NCBI GenBank assembly: GCA_947454525.1
Contig: CANGJM010000009.1
Location: 37,342-101,341, forward strand
DNA: 64,000 nucleotides
Direction: 5' to 3'
Source: Flavobacteriales bacterium
GTDB lineage: Bacteria > Bacteroidota > Bacteroidia > Flavobacteriales_D > Crocinitomicaceae
Positions within the stretch are counted from its first letter, which is position 1. Each line of letters starts with the position of its first letter. Under the pieces are notes generated by a model that searched no databases, was not told the origin of the DNA, and saw only the letters and a list, made by a program, of their open reading frames with translations. Shown piece after piece: positions 1 through 8,492 of the stretch. The translations under genes were made by a program, and so were the position numbers.

Positions 1-74
1 ACCATTTTAGATTGTCCAAATGATTGTCCAACAAATAGAATGATTAAAATGAATGCTGATAGATATTTCTTCAT
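1..74 (-). CDS. N-terminal end of a secreted protein gene that runs off the left edge of the window
   Basis: My own translation of the reverse strand. ATG at 74..72 is followed by MKKYLSAFILIILFVGQSFGQSKM, a typical signal peptide. The ORF stays open to position 1 and is absent from the ORF track because it is incomplete. Confidence 0.4.
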   Translation of the reverse strand, partial: MKKYLSAFILIILFVGQSFGQSKM

Positions 75-209
75 TTTGTCAATATTTTGTTATTAAAGCT
101 TGTAAATCGATTACTTATTCCCCTCATGAATTCATTGAAGCTTAAAATGCTTTTGTATTCTTTACCCACGAATGTTTGATAAAAATAGAAAAAGATTTCA
201 TCAATCATG

Positions 210-260
210 GAATAGAGAACGCAGTTGTTGTAAATACTGGGTATTGAAGAGGAGGGGAGT
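210..260. repeat. 51-bp repeated intergenic element, copy 1 (pairs with 2111..2161)
   Basis: gaatagagaacgcagttgttgtaaatactgggtattgaagaggaggggagt matches 2111..2161 at 48 of 51 positions. It lies about 136 nt upstream (minus sense) of the ATG at 74. Confidence 0.8.
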
Positions 261-334
261 CTTCAGCTGTTTGAAGCTTGGTATTGGTTTGGAGTATTTG
301 AAACGGCAAAATCCCAGTTAGGACGATTTTCAAA

Positions 335-1993
335 TCAATCTTCGGTGATTAAAATTTTGGATGTATAGGAAACGTTTTTTTGGATAAGTTGAAGAAAGTA
401 AAATCCCTGTGAAAAGTTGTCTCTTGAAAAAGTAAATGATTGTCCTGAAATATTGTTTAGCTCTTTTATTTTTTGCCCACAGGAATTATAAACAAATAAT
501 GTCGCGTTCTCCAGATGATCATTTATTTGAATAGTAGTCTGCTGATTAAAAGGATTTGGAAATACAGAAATGTCGTTTGTGGGAGTTTCATTCTCTGTAA
601 TACCAGCGTACGGATTGACGCAAAGAGGACAGCCTGCATCCATTTGATATTTCCACAAGTCTCCAAAAAATTGTTGGGTATTGTGTTTAGCGCCACCAAA
701 AAACCATAGGTTACCATCCAAATCTTTGAATGGTAAAGCACCTGTTCTAGCTGATGGCTTATTCAGGGGACTTGAATTTCCAATTGTTCCATAAATCGAT
801 GGGCTATTAAAAGTGGTGTCGTTACCTGCTCGAATCCATTTGAAAGCTTGCGTGTCAAAATAGATTAGATCGTTTAAACCATCACACCCTGAGTTGTCAC
901 ATCCATAACCACCCATTAACCATAAATTATCGCAATGATCAATCCAACACGCTCTTGCTTCACCTCTCCTGTAAGGAACAAGCGTTTTGTCATAATCGCA
1001 GAGCGCATTTCCATAATCGGGTATTGAATTATTGATGATTGTGTCTCCCGAAATCCATGTCCACATGTTTGTGTTTATTTGGTATTTAAACAGAGTTGTG
1101 TAATAAAGATCTAGACCAGAGTATAACAACCAGAGATTGTCATTTGAGTCCATCCACCTTGTAAAGGAAAAAAAGGTGTTTCCAGGTGAATTATTCATGT
1201 TAGGGATTCCTTTCTGTCCAAAACTAGGAACGCCTGTTGTATCTCCTTTCATCCAAATCCAATTATTTGTTGAAATTTTATATTTCCATAAACATCCTTT
1301 TAAATCTAAAAGCCATAAATTATTCTGATTGTCCGTCCAAGTTAAATTAGATTCTTTTGAAGATGGAGGTTTATTTGAAGAGGATTCTACGCCTTTAATA
1401 CCGTAGTTTGCTACTCCATTTGGAACAGGGTCTCCATTCATCCAAGTCCACTTATTTGTGGAGATTTCATACTTCCATAAATCATTGTAAGCTTCTCCAA
1501 TTCCAAAGGCAAAATAACTGATCCCACCAAATAGCCATAAATCTCCATTGTTATCCCTCCAAGTTTGAGAAGTCACTCTTGCACCTGGTGAGTTTGCTGA
1601 ATCCGGAATGCCTTGCTGTCCATATTTAGGCTTTTTATTAAATACATTGCCTGATCCTTTTATCCAAGTCCACATGTTTGTTGTGACATTATACTTCCAT
1701 AAGTTATCACCCCAACCAGTAACGCTTTCTCCTCCGTAAAGCCAAAAATTACCGAGGTTATCCGTCCATTCGGCACCCTCATAAATACCGGGAGGTTTGT
1801 TTGTTGGACTCGGGACGCCCATTGTCCCATAGTTTCCACTGTAATTCAATGAACTATCACCATGAACCCATGTCCATTCTCCTGGATTTTGAGCAATCGT
1901 GTTCATCGAGAGCAGATTAAAACAAGCGAATAAAGTCCATTTTGAAATGGTTCTATGAGGTAAATTTTTAATACCAAATAATTCGACTTTCAT
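335..1993 (-). CDS. Kelch/beta-propeller repeat protein with a T9SS C-terminal sorting domain
   Basis: Recurrent propeller motifs are present (EWTWVHGD, MWTWIKGS, KWTWMNGD, NWIWMKGD, MWTWISGD, NLWLFGG, DLWKY). There is an N-terminal signal-like segment. The C-terminus (SVFPNPFNQQTTIQI...FYFLQLI...SKILI) fits the Por/T9SS CTD pattern. Confidence 0.75.
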   Translation of the reverse strand: MKVELFGIKNLPHRTISKWTLFACFNLLSMNTIAQNPGEWTWVHGDSSLNYSGNYGTMGVPSPTNKPPGIYEGAEWTDNLGNFWLYGGESVTGWGDNLWKYNVTTNMWTWIKGSGNVFNKKPKYGQQGIPDSANSPGARVTSQTWRDNNGDLWLFGGISYFAFGIGEAYNDLWKYEISTNKWTWMNGDPVPNGVANYGIKGVESSSNKPPSSKESNLTWTDNQNNLWLLDLKGCLWKYKISTNNWIWMKGDTTGVPSFGQKGIPNMNNSPGNTFFSFTRWMDSNDNLWLLYSGLDLYYTTLFKYQINTNMWTWISGDTIINNSIPDYGNALCDYDKTLVPYRRGEARACWIDHCDNLWLMGGYGCDNSGCDGLNDLIYFDTQAFKWIRAGNDTTFNSPSIYGTIGNSSPLNKPSARTGALPFKDLDGNLWFFGGAKHNTQQFFGDLWKYQMDAGCPLCVNPYAGITENETPTNDISVFPNPFNQQTTIQINDHLENATLFVYNSCGQKIKELNNISGQSFTFSRDNFSQGFYFLQLIQKNVSYTSKILITED

Positions 1994-2110
1994 ATAATTA
2001 AAAATAATTTCACCTTATTAGCTTGTGTACGCAATGAACCTTCGAGTCCAAATGGACTGTTTCGGTTTATGGCTTATGTACGAATATATCAATTTTTTCT
2101 GCGGGTCCTC

Positions 2111-2161
2111 GAATAGAGAACGCAGTTGGTGTGAATACTGGGTGTTGAAGAGGAGGGGAGT
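2111..2161. repeat. 51-bp repeated intergenic element, copy 2
   Basis: 48/51 identity to 210..260. It lies 118 nt upstream (minus sense) of the Kelch gene ATG at 1993. Confidence 0.8.
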
Positions 2162-2178
2162 TTCTATTTTTTTTTAGT

Positions 2179-2400
2179 TCATTTTTTATACCCCACCTTT
2201 TCTCTTGGCGCTGGATTGATTTTTGCCTGATCTTTTTGCAGTAAATATGTGAGCACTTGATCGATGTCCTTGAATTTTTGCTGGTGTTGTTTTTCAAGCG
2301 CTGTTAACTTCTCGGAAGCTGGGGAATCGTTTGTTTGTCAAGCATCTCCACATCATGGTATCACAATTTGTGATACCAAGTTTTTCATTTCTTTCTCTGC
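2179..2400 (-). pseudogene. Internally deleted and truncated remnant of a third ORF6N-domain gene
   Basis: 2183..2326 is nearly identical in nucleotides to the 3' end of the 2920..3471 gene. It still reads ...SEKLTALEKQHQQKFKDIDQVLTYLLQKDQAKINPAPREKVGYKK then stop at 2181..2179. 2350..2400 matches the mid-gene region of the 2413..2919 copy, including the palindrome. The N-terminal half is missing. Confidence 0.7.
2356..2378. repeat. Perfect palindrome (11-bp arms, 1-nt centre) in the ORF6N remnant
   Basis: tggtatcacaa t ttgtgatacca, read directly from the sequence. Confidence 0.9.
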
Positions 2401-2412
2401 GAATACCTTCTG

Positions 2413-2919
2413 CTATTTTTTATACCCCACTTGTTTTCTTTGATTCTGCTGCGTGCTTTGTTTGTCTTTTTGTATAAAGTAATTTAACACTTGTTCAATG
2501 CCATCAAAGCGCTGTCCGTGTTTATGTTCCAACTCTTCTAATCGCTCCGCTAGTTCATGATAGGTGAGACTCCATTGACGCATCATCACAAATGCACGCA
2601 TGATGGAAATGTTGATTTGAATGGCCAATTTACTTTTGAGCACACTTGATAGCATGGCTATTCCTTGTTCTGTGAAAGCGAATGTTCCATGTCTGGTACC
2701 TCCCCAACTTGACATCACAATTTGTGATGTCAAGTTTTTCATTTCCTCTTCTGTCAGTTCAAACATAAAATCTTCCGGAAATCGATCGATGTTTCTACGC
2801 ACGGCTTGTTTTAATACACGCGTTTCGACTTCATACATTTTCGCCAATTCATAATCAAGAATGACGCGTTTTCCCCTGATTTCGCGAATGCTGTTTTTGA
2901 TTGTTGTTAGTTCCATCAT
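2413..2919 (-). CDS. ORF6N (KilA-N-related) domain protein, copy A
   Basis: IREIRGKRVILDYELAKMYEVETRVLKQAVRRNIDRFPEDFMFELT...FAFTEQGIAMLSSVLKS matches the ORF6N domain pattern common in Bacteroidota. Confidence 0.75.
   Translation of the reverse strand: MMELTTIKNSIREIRGKRVILDYELAKMYEVETRVLKQAVRRNIDRFPEDFMFELTEEEMKNLTSQIVMSSWGGTRHGTFAFTEQGIAMLSSVLKSKLAIQINISIMRAFVMMRQWSLTYHELAERLEELEHKHGQRFDGIEQVLNYFIQKDKQSTQQNQRKQVGYKK
2706..2736. repeat. 31-bp perfect palindrome (15-bp arms, 1-nt centre) inside ORF6N copy A
   Basis: aacttgacatcacaa t ttgtgatgtcaagtt. It encodes NLTSQIVMSS on the minus strand. Confidence 0.9.
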
Positions 2920-3471
2920 TTATTTTTTATATCCCACTTTTTCTCTTGGCGCTGGTTTGATTTTAGTTTGATCTTTTTGCAGTAAATACGCGAGCACTTG
3001 ATCGATGTCCTTGAATTTTTGCTGGTGTTGTTTTTCAAGCGCTGTTAACTTCTCGGAAAGTTCCTGGTGCGTGAATGCCCATTGTCTAATCATGACGAAG
3101 GCGCGCATGATTTGAATGCTTGCTTGAATTGCTCGTTGAGAATTTAATACAGCACTGAGCATCGCAACCCCTTGTTCTGTGAAGGTGAAAGGTAAATACT
3201 TGGGGTGATTCCCTTTTCCTCCTTCTAAGGTCACAGATTGTGACCTTAGAGTTATCCATTCTTCTTTCGTCAATTGAAACATAAAGTCTTCTGGAAAACG
3301 GTCGATGTTTCTTCGAACTGCTTGCTTCAATGCTTTTGTCTCCACTTCATATAGTTTTGCCAAATCCATGTCTAACATGACATTCTTTCCCCTGATTTCG
3401 TGAATGCTGTTTTTGATTGTTGTTAGTTCCATCTTTCTTTTTTTTCTATTGAATTTAGTGAAAAATATCAA
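2920..3471 (-). CDS. ORF6N (KilA-N-related) domain protein, copy B
   Basis: A paralogue of the preceding gene (IHEIRGKNVMLDMDLAKLYEVETKALKQAVRRNIDRFPEDFMFQLT...FTFTEQGVAMLSAVLNS). The two genes abut directly, 2919/2920. Confidence 0.75.
   Translation of the reverse strand: MIFFTKFNRKKRKMELTTIKNSIHEIRGKNVMLDMDLAKLYEVETKALKQAVRRNIDRFPEDFMFQLTKEEWITLRSQSVTLEGGKGNHPKYLPFTFTEQGVAMLSAVLNSQRAIQASIQIMRAFVMIRQWAFTHQELSEKLTALEKQHQQKFKDIDQVLAYLLQKDQTKIKPAPREKVGYKK
3224..3250. repeat. 27-bp palindrome (12-bp arms, 3-nt centre) inside ORF6N copy B
   Basis: tctaaggtcaca gat tgtgaccttaga. It sits at the codons homologous to the copy A palindrome (TLRSQSVTLE). Confidence 0.9.
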
Positions 3472-3570
3472 TGTGATTAAAATATAATCAAAATAAAAGA
3501 TGAATTTCTAATCATTTTAGTAACTTTGTTGGACCAACGATAGCACGCATTTACTTTAATCTTTTTGATC

Positions 3571-4788
3571 ATGTCCGTATTGCGTTCGATTGTTCACATG
3601 GACCTAGACACGTTTTTTGTCTCCTGTGAACGTTTATTAGATAGTCGTTTAGTTGGAAAACCCATTTTGATTGGCGGGACAAGTGACCGAGGAGTGGTTG
3701 CTTCCTGTAGTTATGAGGCACGACAGTTTGGAATTCATTCCGCCATGCCCATGAAAATGGCGAGGGAAAGATGTCCGGAAGCCATTGTCATTAAGGGGAA
3801 TACACAAACGTATAGTGGATACTCCCGCGCTGTGACTGAAATCATTCGCGAGGCTGTTCCCGTGTATGAGAAAATGTCCATCGATGAATTCTACATTGAT
3901 TTCACGGGAATGGACCGCTTCTTCGGTACCTTTAAGTATGCGGGAGAACTGCGTCAGCGTATCCTCAAGGAAACGGGATTGCCCATCTCCTTTGGCTTGT
4001 CGCAGAATAAAACAGTGTCCAAAATTGCCACCGGTGAAGCAAAACCGAACAATCAAATTCACGTCGACTACGGGACGGAACGCGATTTTTTGGCACCCTT
4101 GTCCGTGAAGAAAATTCCGATGGTGGGAACCAAGACCTATCAAACCTTGTGTAATCTTGGCGTGCGGAAAATCAAAACAGTGCAGGAAATGCCGATGGAG
4201 ATGATGGAAGGTGCGCTGGGAATGAATGGCGTGAGTATCTGGAAAAAAGCACAGGGAATCGACCATTCCGCCGTGGAACAATACAACGAGCGGAAGTCCA
4301 TCTCCACCGAACGCACCTTCGATCAAGATACGATTGATGTCGTGAAGTTGAATGGAATCCTCGCTGCCATGGCGGAGAATTTAGCCTTTCAGTTGCGTAG
4401 AGGAATGAAGCTGACGGGCTGTGTGACGGTCAAAATTCGCTATTCGGACTTTCAAACGCAGACACTCCAAAAGCAAATTGCTTACACCGCAGCAGATCAT
4501 GAGTTACTGCCGGTCGTTACGGAATTGTTTAAGCGCATTTACAACCGAAGACTACTGGTTCGACTCATTGGCATTCGCTTTAGTTCCTTGGTTTCTGGAC
4601 ATCACCAGTTGAACTTGTTTGATAACGACGCGCATTTTGCTTCGCTGTACAAAGCGCTGGATCAGATTCGCGTGCGCTACGGTGATCGCGCCGTGATTCG
4701 GGCCATTGGTATGGAGGCGCGTACAATCGGACACCATAATCCATTTAATGGGGAACCGCCGATGTTGCTCGCAAATCGACGTGTGTAA
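3571..4788 (+). CDS. dinB: Y-family DNA polymerase (DinB/Pol IV-like), first gene of a two-gene translesion cassette
   Basis: HMDLDTFFVSCE and SIDEFYIDFTG retain the catalytic D..D and DE motifs of Y-family polymerases. The track start at 3565 is TTG, so I prefer the ATG at 3571. The stop lies 12 nt before the next gene. Confidence 0.8.
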   Translation: MSVLRSIVHMDLDTFFVSCERLLDSRLVGKPILIGGTSDRGVVASCSYEARQFGIHSAMPMKMARERCPEAIVIKGNTQTYSGYSRAVTEIIREAVPVYEKMSIDEFYIDFTGMDRFFGTFKYAGELRQRILKETGLPISFGLSQNKTVSKIATGEAKPNNQIHVDYGTERDFLAPLSVKKIPMVGTKTYQTLCNLGVRKIKTVQEMPMEMMEGALGMNGVSIWKKAQGIDHSAVEQYNERKSISTERTFDQDTIDVVKLNGILAAMAENLAFQLRRGMKLTGCVTVKIRYSDFQTQTLQKQIAYTAADHELLPVVTELFKRIYNRRLLVRLIGIRFSSLVSGHHQLNLFDNDAHFASLYKALDQIRVRYGDRAVIRAIGMEARTIGHHNPFNGEPPMLLANRRV

Positions 4789-4800
4789 GCAATCTCTTTT

Positions 4801-7767
4801 ATGAAAACGAAGTCTCATTTTAGTTTGAAGTATGGCATTCATTCTCCGGAAGCCATTGTCCAGTGGGCAGCGGATAGCGGCTATCCCTATGTTTTCTTGG
4901 CGGACATCAATTCGACAGGAGCTGTACTTGCTTTTGTGCGAGAAGCACAACGGAAAGGAATCCTTCCAGTGGTGGGTGTGGAGCTGCGCAATGAACGCGA
5001 GAAAATCGCGACAGTGATTGCGCGAAACAATCATGGACTGAATGAATTGAATGTGTTTTTAAGTCAGTTTATTCACCGAAAAATCCCTTTTCCAACGGTC
5101 TTGCCGCACTTTTCAAGTTGCTATGTGTGTTATCCGATTGAGCAGTATCCAACGAAACTAAAAGAACACGAATACATTGAAATACAGCTATCTGAATTAG
5201 TTTACTTAAACATAAAATACAAGAAGGTCCCGAGGGGAAAGTTGCTCGCGCTGCAATCAATGGTCTTTCAATCGAAGGCGGATTTTAACGCACACCGTTT
5301 GCTTCGAGCCATTGACCACAATTGCTTGCTGTCGAAGTTGGCGAAAGAAGACCAGGCGGATGAGAACGAACGGTTTATCTCCTACCAAGAATGGAAAGAA
5401 GCTCCGATTGCTGCCGGCGTTTCCGAATACCCAGAAATCATTGAGCGTACGGAAGCTTTGTTTCATCGTTGCCGCGTGAATTTTGAGTTCGGTGATGATG
5501 CCAAGCCTCAAAATCCAACGACATACACCGGAACCATTGACGGAGATCGCAACTTGCTCAAAGAGCTCTGTGCAGAAGGACTCGATTACCGCTACAAAGT
5601 CGTAACGGATGAAATCATTGAGCGCATCGAGATGGAGATTGAAGTCATCGCGGAGAAGCATTACCTGTCTTATTTTCTCATCACGTGGGACTTTACTTCG
5701 TATGCGCGCTCAAAGGGCTATTTCTATGTTGGACGTGGAAGTGGGGCGAATAGCATTGTCGCCTATTTGCTGCGCATTACGGACGTTGATCCACTCGAAT
5801 TGGACCTTTATTTTGAGCGTTTCATTAACCTGTACCGCAAGAATCCACCGGATTTTGACATTGACTTCTCGTGGAAGGACCGCGATGATATTGTGCGCTA
5901 TTTGTTTGAACGTTATCCACATACGGCGTGGCTATGTACGTATAATACCTTCCAGTACCGCGCGACGATTCGGGAATTGGGAAAGGTCTTTGGTTTGCCA
6001 AAATCTGAAATCGATTTATTGAGCAGTGGGAAGTTTCAATTTGACAAGTTGGACCAATTCTCGCGCTTGGTTTTGCGTTACAGCAAGTATATCCAAGGAT
6101 TGCCTTCGCATTTGAGTGTGCATTCGGGAGGAATTGTGATTAGCGAGCGTCCAATGACTTGGTATTCCGCGACTTTTTTACCGCCAAAAGGGTATCCAAC
6201 GACACAGTTTTCGATGATGGAAGCAGAGGACGTTGGCTTGTACAAGTTCGATATTTTGAGTCAGCGTGGACTTGGGAAAATTCACGATTGCCTGGAGGTG
6301 ATTGCGTACAATCGTCCTGAAGAACCACCGCACGACATTCACGATGTGGCGCATTTTAAGCAGGATGAAAAAGTCCGTCAGTTGTTGTTGGCTGGAAAAG
6401 CGCTTGGTTGTTTTTACGTAGAATCGCCAGCCATGCGGATGTTGATGTCCAAATTAAAAGTCGAAACGTACCTTGAATTGGTGGCTGCGAGCTCGATTAT
6501 ACGTCCGGGAGTCGCTCAGTCGGGGATGATGCGGGAGTACATTTTGCGTCACCGAAATCCAGAACGTCGGAAAGAAGCGCATCCGGTTTTGTTAGAGATT
6601 ATGCCAGAAACGTATGGGGTGATGGTGTATCAGGAAGATGTCATCAAGGTCGCGCATCACTTTGCAGGACTCAGTTTAGCAGAGGCGGATGTCCTGCGGA
6701 GGGGAATGTCCGGTAAATTTCGTTCGCGGGAGGAATTTCTGCGTGTTCAGGAACAGTTTGTTGGCAATTGCACAAAAAAAGGATACGATCAGAAATTGAC
6801 GATGGATGTCTGGCGTCAGATTGAGAGTTTTGCGGGTTATGCCTTTTCGAAGGGACATTCCGCTTCGTATGCGGTGGAAAGTTACCAAAGTTTGTACTTG
6901 AAGGCGCATTATCCATTGGAATACATGACGGCGACGATCAATAATTTCGGGGGCTATTACCGAACAGAAATCTATGTGCACGAAGCTCGGCGTTTTGGAG
7001 CGGAGATTGAGGCTCCGTCCGTGAATCATGGTTCGTATGAGTGTGTGCTGTCGGGGAATACGTTAATTCTTGGATTCAATTTGGTTGCAGGAATTGAAGC
7101 GTCATTGGTCTTGAAGATTTTTGAGGAACGCGATCGTGCGGGGGAATTCCGTGACTTTGAAGATTTTGTCCGTCGTGTACATGTTCCATTGGAGCAAACA
7201 TCGCTGTTGATTCGCATTGGAGCGCTGCGTGATTTTCCAGAGAAGCGTAAGGAATTGTTGTGGAAAGCACATTTTCACCACCACAAAAATCCACAACGGG
7301 ACCGAAGCATTGAATTGTTTGAGGTTCGTTCGCGTCATTTTGAGCTACCAGACTTGGAAGAGCAGGAGGAAGAGGCGTCCTTTGAGCAAATGGAATTGAT
7401 GGGATTTCCCCTATGTAATCCTTTTCGCTTGCTTCAATCAGTGCTCCCGGAGAAACATGTTAAGGCAGTTGAAATGGAATCCTTACTGGGAATGACCGTC
7501 GAATTATTTGGGTATTTGGTGGCCATCAAACAATCCAAGACAGCAAAAGGAGCATTGATGAATTTCGGAACCTTTATCGATGTGAACGGAGACACGATTG
7601 ATACCGTTCATTTTCCGGAGAGCGTGCGGCGTTTTCCCTTTCACGGAAAAGGAATTTATCACTTGCGGGGAATTGTCACGGAGGAGTTTTCTTACTACTG
7701 TTTACAAGTAGGGTGGATGCAAAAATTGCCCTTTCAGCAAGATGTGCGGTATATGGAATTGTCGTGA
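4801..7767 (+). CDS. dnaE2: DNA polymerase III alpha-subunit family protein, error-prone DnaE2-like
   Basis: 988 aa with a PHP-like N-terminus and a Pol III alpha core (YFLITWDF, GRGSGANSIVAYLLRITDVDP, FDIDF, GVMVYQEDV). The short length and its position directly after a Y-family polymerase fit the imuB-dnaE2 type of cassette. Confidence 0.75.
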   Translation: MKTKSHFSLKYGIHSPEAIVQWAADSGYPYVFLADINSTGAVLAFVREAQRKGILPVVGVELRNEREKIATVIARNNHGLNELNVFLSQFIHRKIPFPTVLPHFSSCYVCYPIEQYPTKLKEHEYIEIQLSELVYLNIKYKKVPRGKLLALQSMVFQSKADFNAHRLLRAIDHNCLLSKLAKEDQADENERFISYQEWKEAPIAAGVSEYPEIIERTEALFHRCRVNFEFGDDAKPQNPTTYTGTIDGDRNLLKELCAEGLDYRYKVVTDEIIERIEMEIEVIAEKHYLSYFLITWDFTSYARSKGYFYVGRGSGANSIVAYLLRITDVDPLELDLYFERFINLYRKNPPDFDIDFSWKDRDDIVRYLFERYPHTAWLCTYNTFQYRATIRELGKVFGLPKSEIDLLSSGKFQFDKLDQFSRLVLRYSKYIQGLPSHLSVHSGGIVISERPMTWYSATFLPPKGYPTTQFSMMEAEDVGLYKFDILSQRGLGKIHDCLEVIAYNRPEEPPHDIHDVAHFKQDEKVRQLLLAGKALGCFYVESPAMRMLMSKLKVETYLELVAASSIIRPGVAQSGMMREYILRHRNPERRKEAHPVLLEIMPETYGVMVYQEDVIKVAHHFAGLSLAEADVLRRGMSGKFRSREEFLRVQEQFVGNCTKKGYDQKLTMDVWRQIESFAGYAFSKGHSASYAVESYQSLYLKAHYPLEYMTATINNFGGYYRTEIYVHEARRFGAEIEAPSVNHGSYECVLSGNTLILGFNLVAGIEASLVLKIFEERDRAGEFRDFEDFVRRVHVPLEQTSLLIRIGALRDFPEKRKELLWKAHFHHHKNPQRDRSIELFEVRSRHFELPDLEEQEEEASFEQMELMGFPLCNPFRLLQSVLPEKHVKAVEMESLLGMTVELFGYLVAIKQSKTAKGALMNFGTFIDVNGDTIDTVHFPESVRRFPFHGKGIYHLRGIVTEEFSYYCLQVGWMQKLPFQQDVRYMELS

Positions 7768-7798
7768 GAAATCTTAACTTCGTAAAAAAAAAAACATC

Positions 7799-8233
7799 AT
7801 GAAAGGCAACATTTACCCATGTTTTTGGTTTGACGGAAAGGCCAAGGAAGCCGCAGAATTGTACTGTTCCTTGTTTCCCAATTCAAAGATTACGTCCGAT
7901 TCCGGATTAACCGTATTTTTTGAATTAAATGGACAAACGTTCATGGGATTGAATGGTGGGCCGATGTTTAAGCCAACCGAAGCTGTTTCCTACACAATCA
8001 ACTGTGAAAGTCAAGAAGAAATCGACCATTACTGGAATGGATTAACGGCGAACGGGGGAGAAGAAGGTCATTGTGGTTGGTGCAAAGATCCGTACGGATT
8101 TTCGTGGCAAGTTATTCCAGCCGATTTAGGAAAATGGATGTCACATCCGACCAATGGACAAAAAATCACCGAAGCATTCTTGAAAATGTCAAAGTTTGAC
8201 TGTCAAATGCTCGAAGATATTTACAACTCCTGA
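7799..8233 (+). CDS. VOC/glyoxalase-superfamily protein (PhnB / 3-demethylubiquinone methyltransferase-like domain)
   Basis: The size (144 aa) and the motifs CFWFDGKAKEAAELY...FMGLNGGP...HCGWCKDPYGFSWQV are typical of the PhnB-like family. Confidence 0.55.
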   Translation: MKGNIYPCFWFDGKAKEAAELYCSLFPNSKITSDSGLTVFFELNGQTFMGLNGGPMFKPTEAVSYTINCESQEEIDHYWNGLTANGGEEGHCGWCKDPYGFSWQVIPADLGKWMSHPTNGQKITEAFLKMSKFDCQMLEDIYNS

Positions 8234-8397
8234 TGTTGCGCATTTTTCTACCGATTGTCATCGGTTTCATCGTTTGGATCATCGTTCTTTGGCAAGTATT
8301 GTTGAAGAAAAAGAAAATCGACATGAAGTCCCTGTTGCTGGTTAGTGCACTATTTGCGGCGATTTGGATCGTGATTTATTGGGTTTTATTTCGTTGA
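8233..8397 (+). CDS. Small two-TM membrane protein (54 aa); not in the ORF track
   Basis: The ATG overlaps the upstream stop (TGATG at 8231..8235). Own translation: MLRIFLPIVIGFIVWIIVLWQVLLKKKKIDMKSLLLVSALFAAIWIVIYWVLFR, stop at 8395..8397. It has two hydrophobic helices separated by a KKKK loop. Confidence 0.4.
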   Translation: MLRIFLPIVIGFIVWIIVLWQVLLKKKKIDMKSLLLVSALFAAIWIVIYWVLFR

Positions 8398-8424
8398 TTT
8401 ATTTTTCGTAGGAATGAACTCTCT

Positions 8425-8488
8425 AGCACATTAGCACATTAGCAGATTAGCACATTAAAACATTAGCACATTAAAACATTAGCACATT
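8425..8488. repeat. Octamer tandem repeat, 8 units of AGCACATT with variants
   Basis: agcacatt agcacatt agcagatt agcacatt aaaacatt agcacatt aaaacatt agcacatt. It lies between convergent gene ends. Confidence 0.95.
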
Positions 8489-8492
8489 AAGC

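Noticed and set aside
2067-2297. 76-aa ORF in the track.
   Set aside because: It reads out of frame across the ORF6N remnant and the 51-bp repeat. The region is better explained as a pseudogene plus an intergenic element.
3649-4326. 225-aa antisense ORF inside dinB, and similar antisense ORFs in dnaE2, relA, glmM, the TonB receptor and menD.
   Set aside because: These are shadow ORFs on the opposite strand of well-supported genes. Their composition is His/Cys/Arg-rich or otherwise odd, and they contain no motifs.
8425-8488. Possible CRISPR array.
   Set aside because: The period is only 8 bp, there are no spacers, and no cas genes are nearby. It is a simple tandem repeat.
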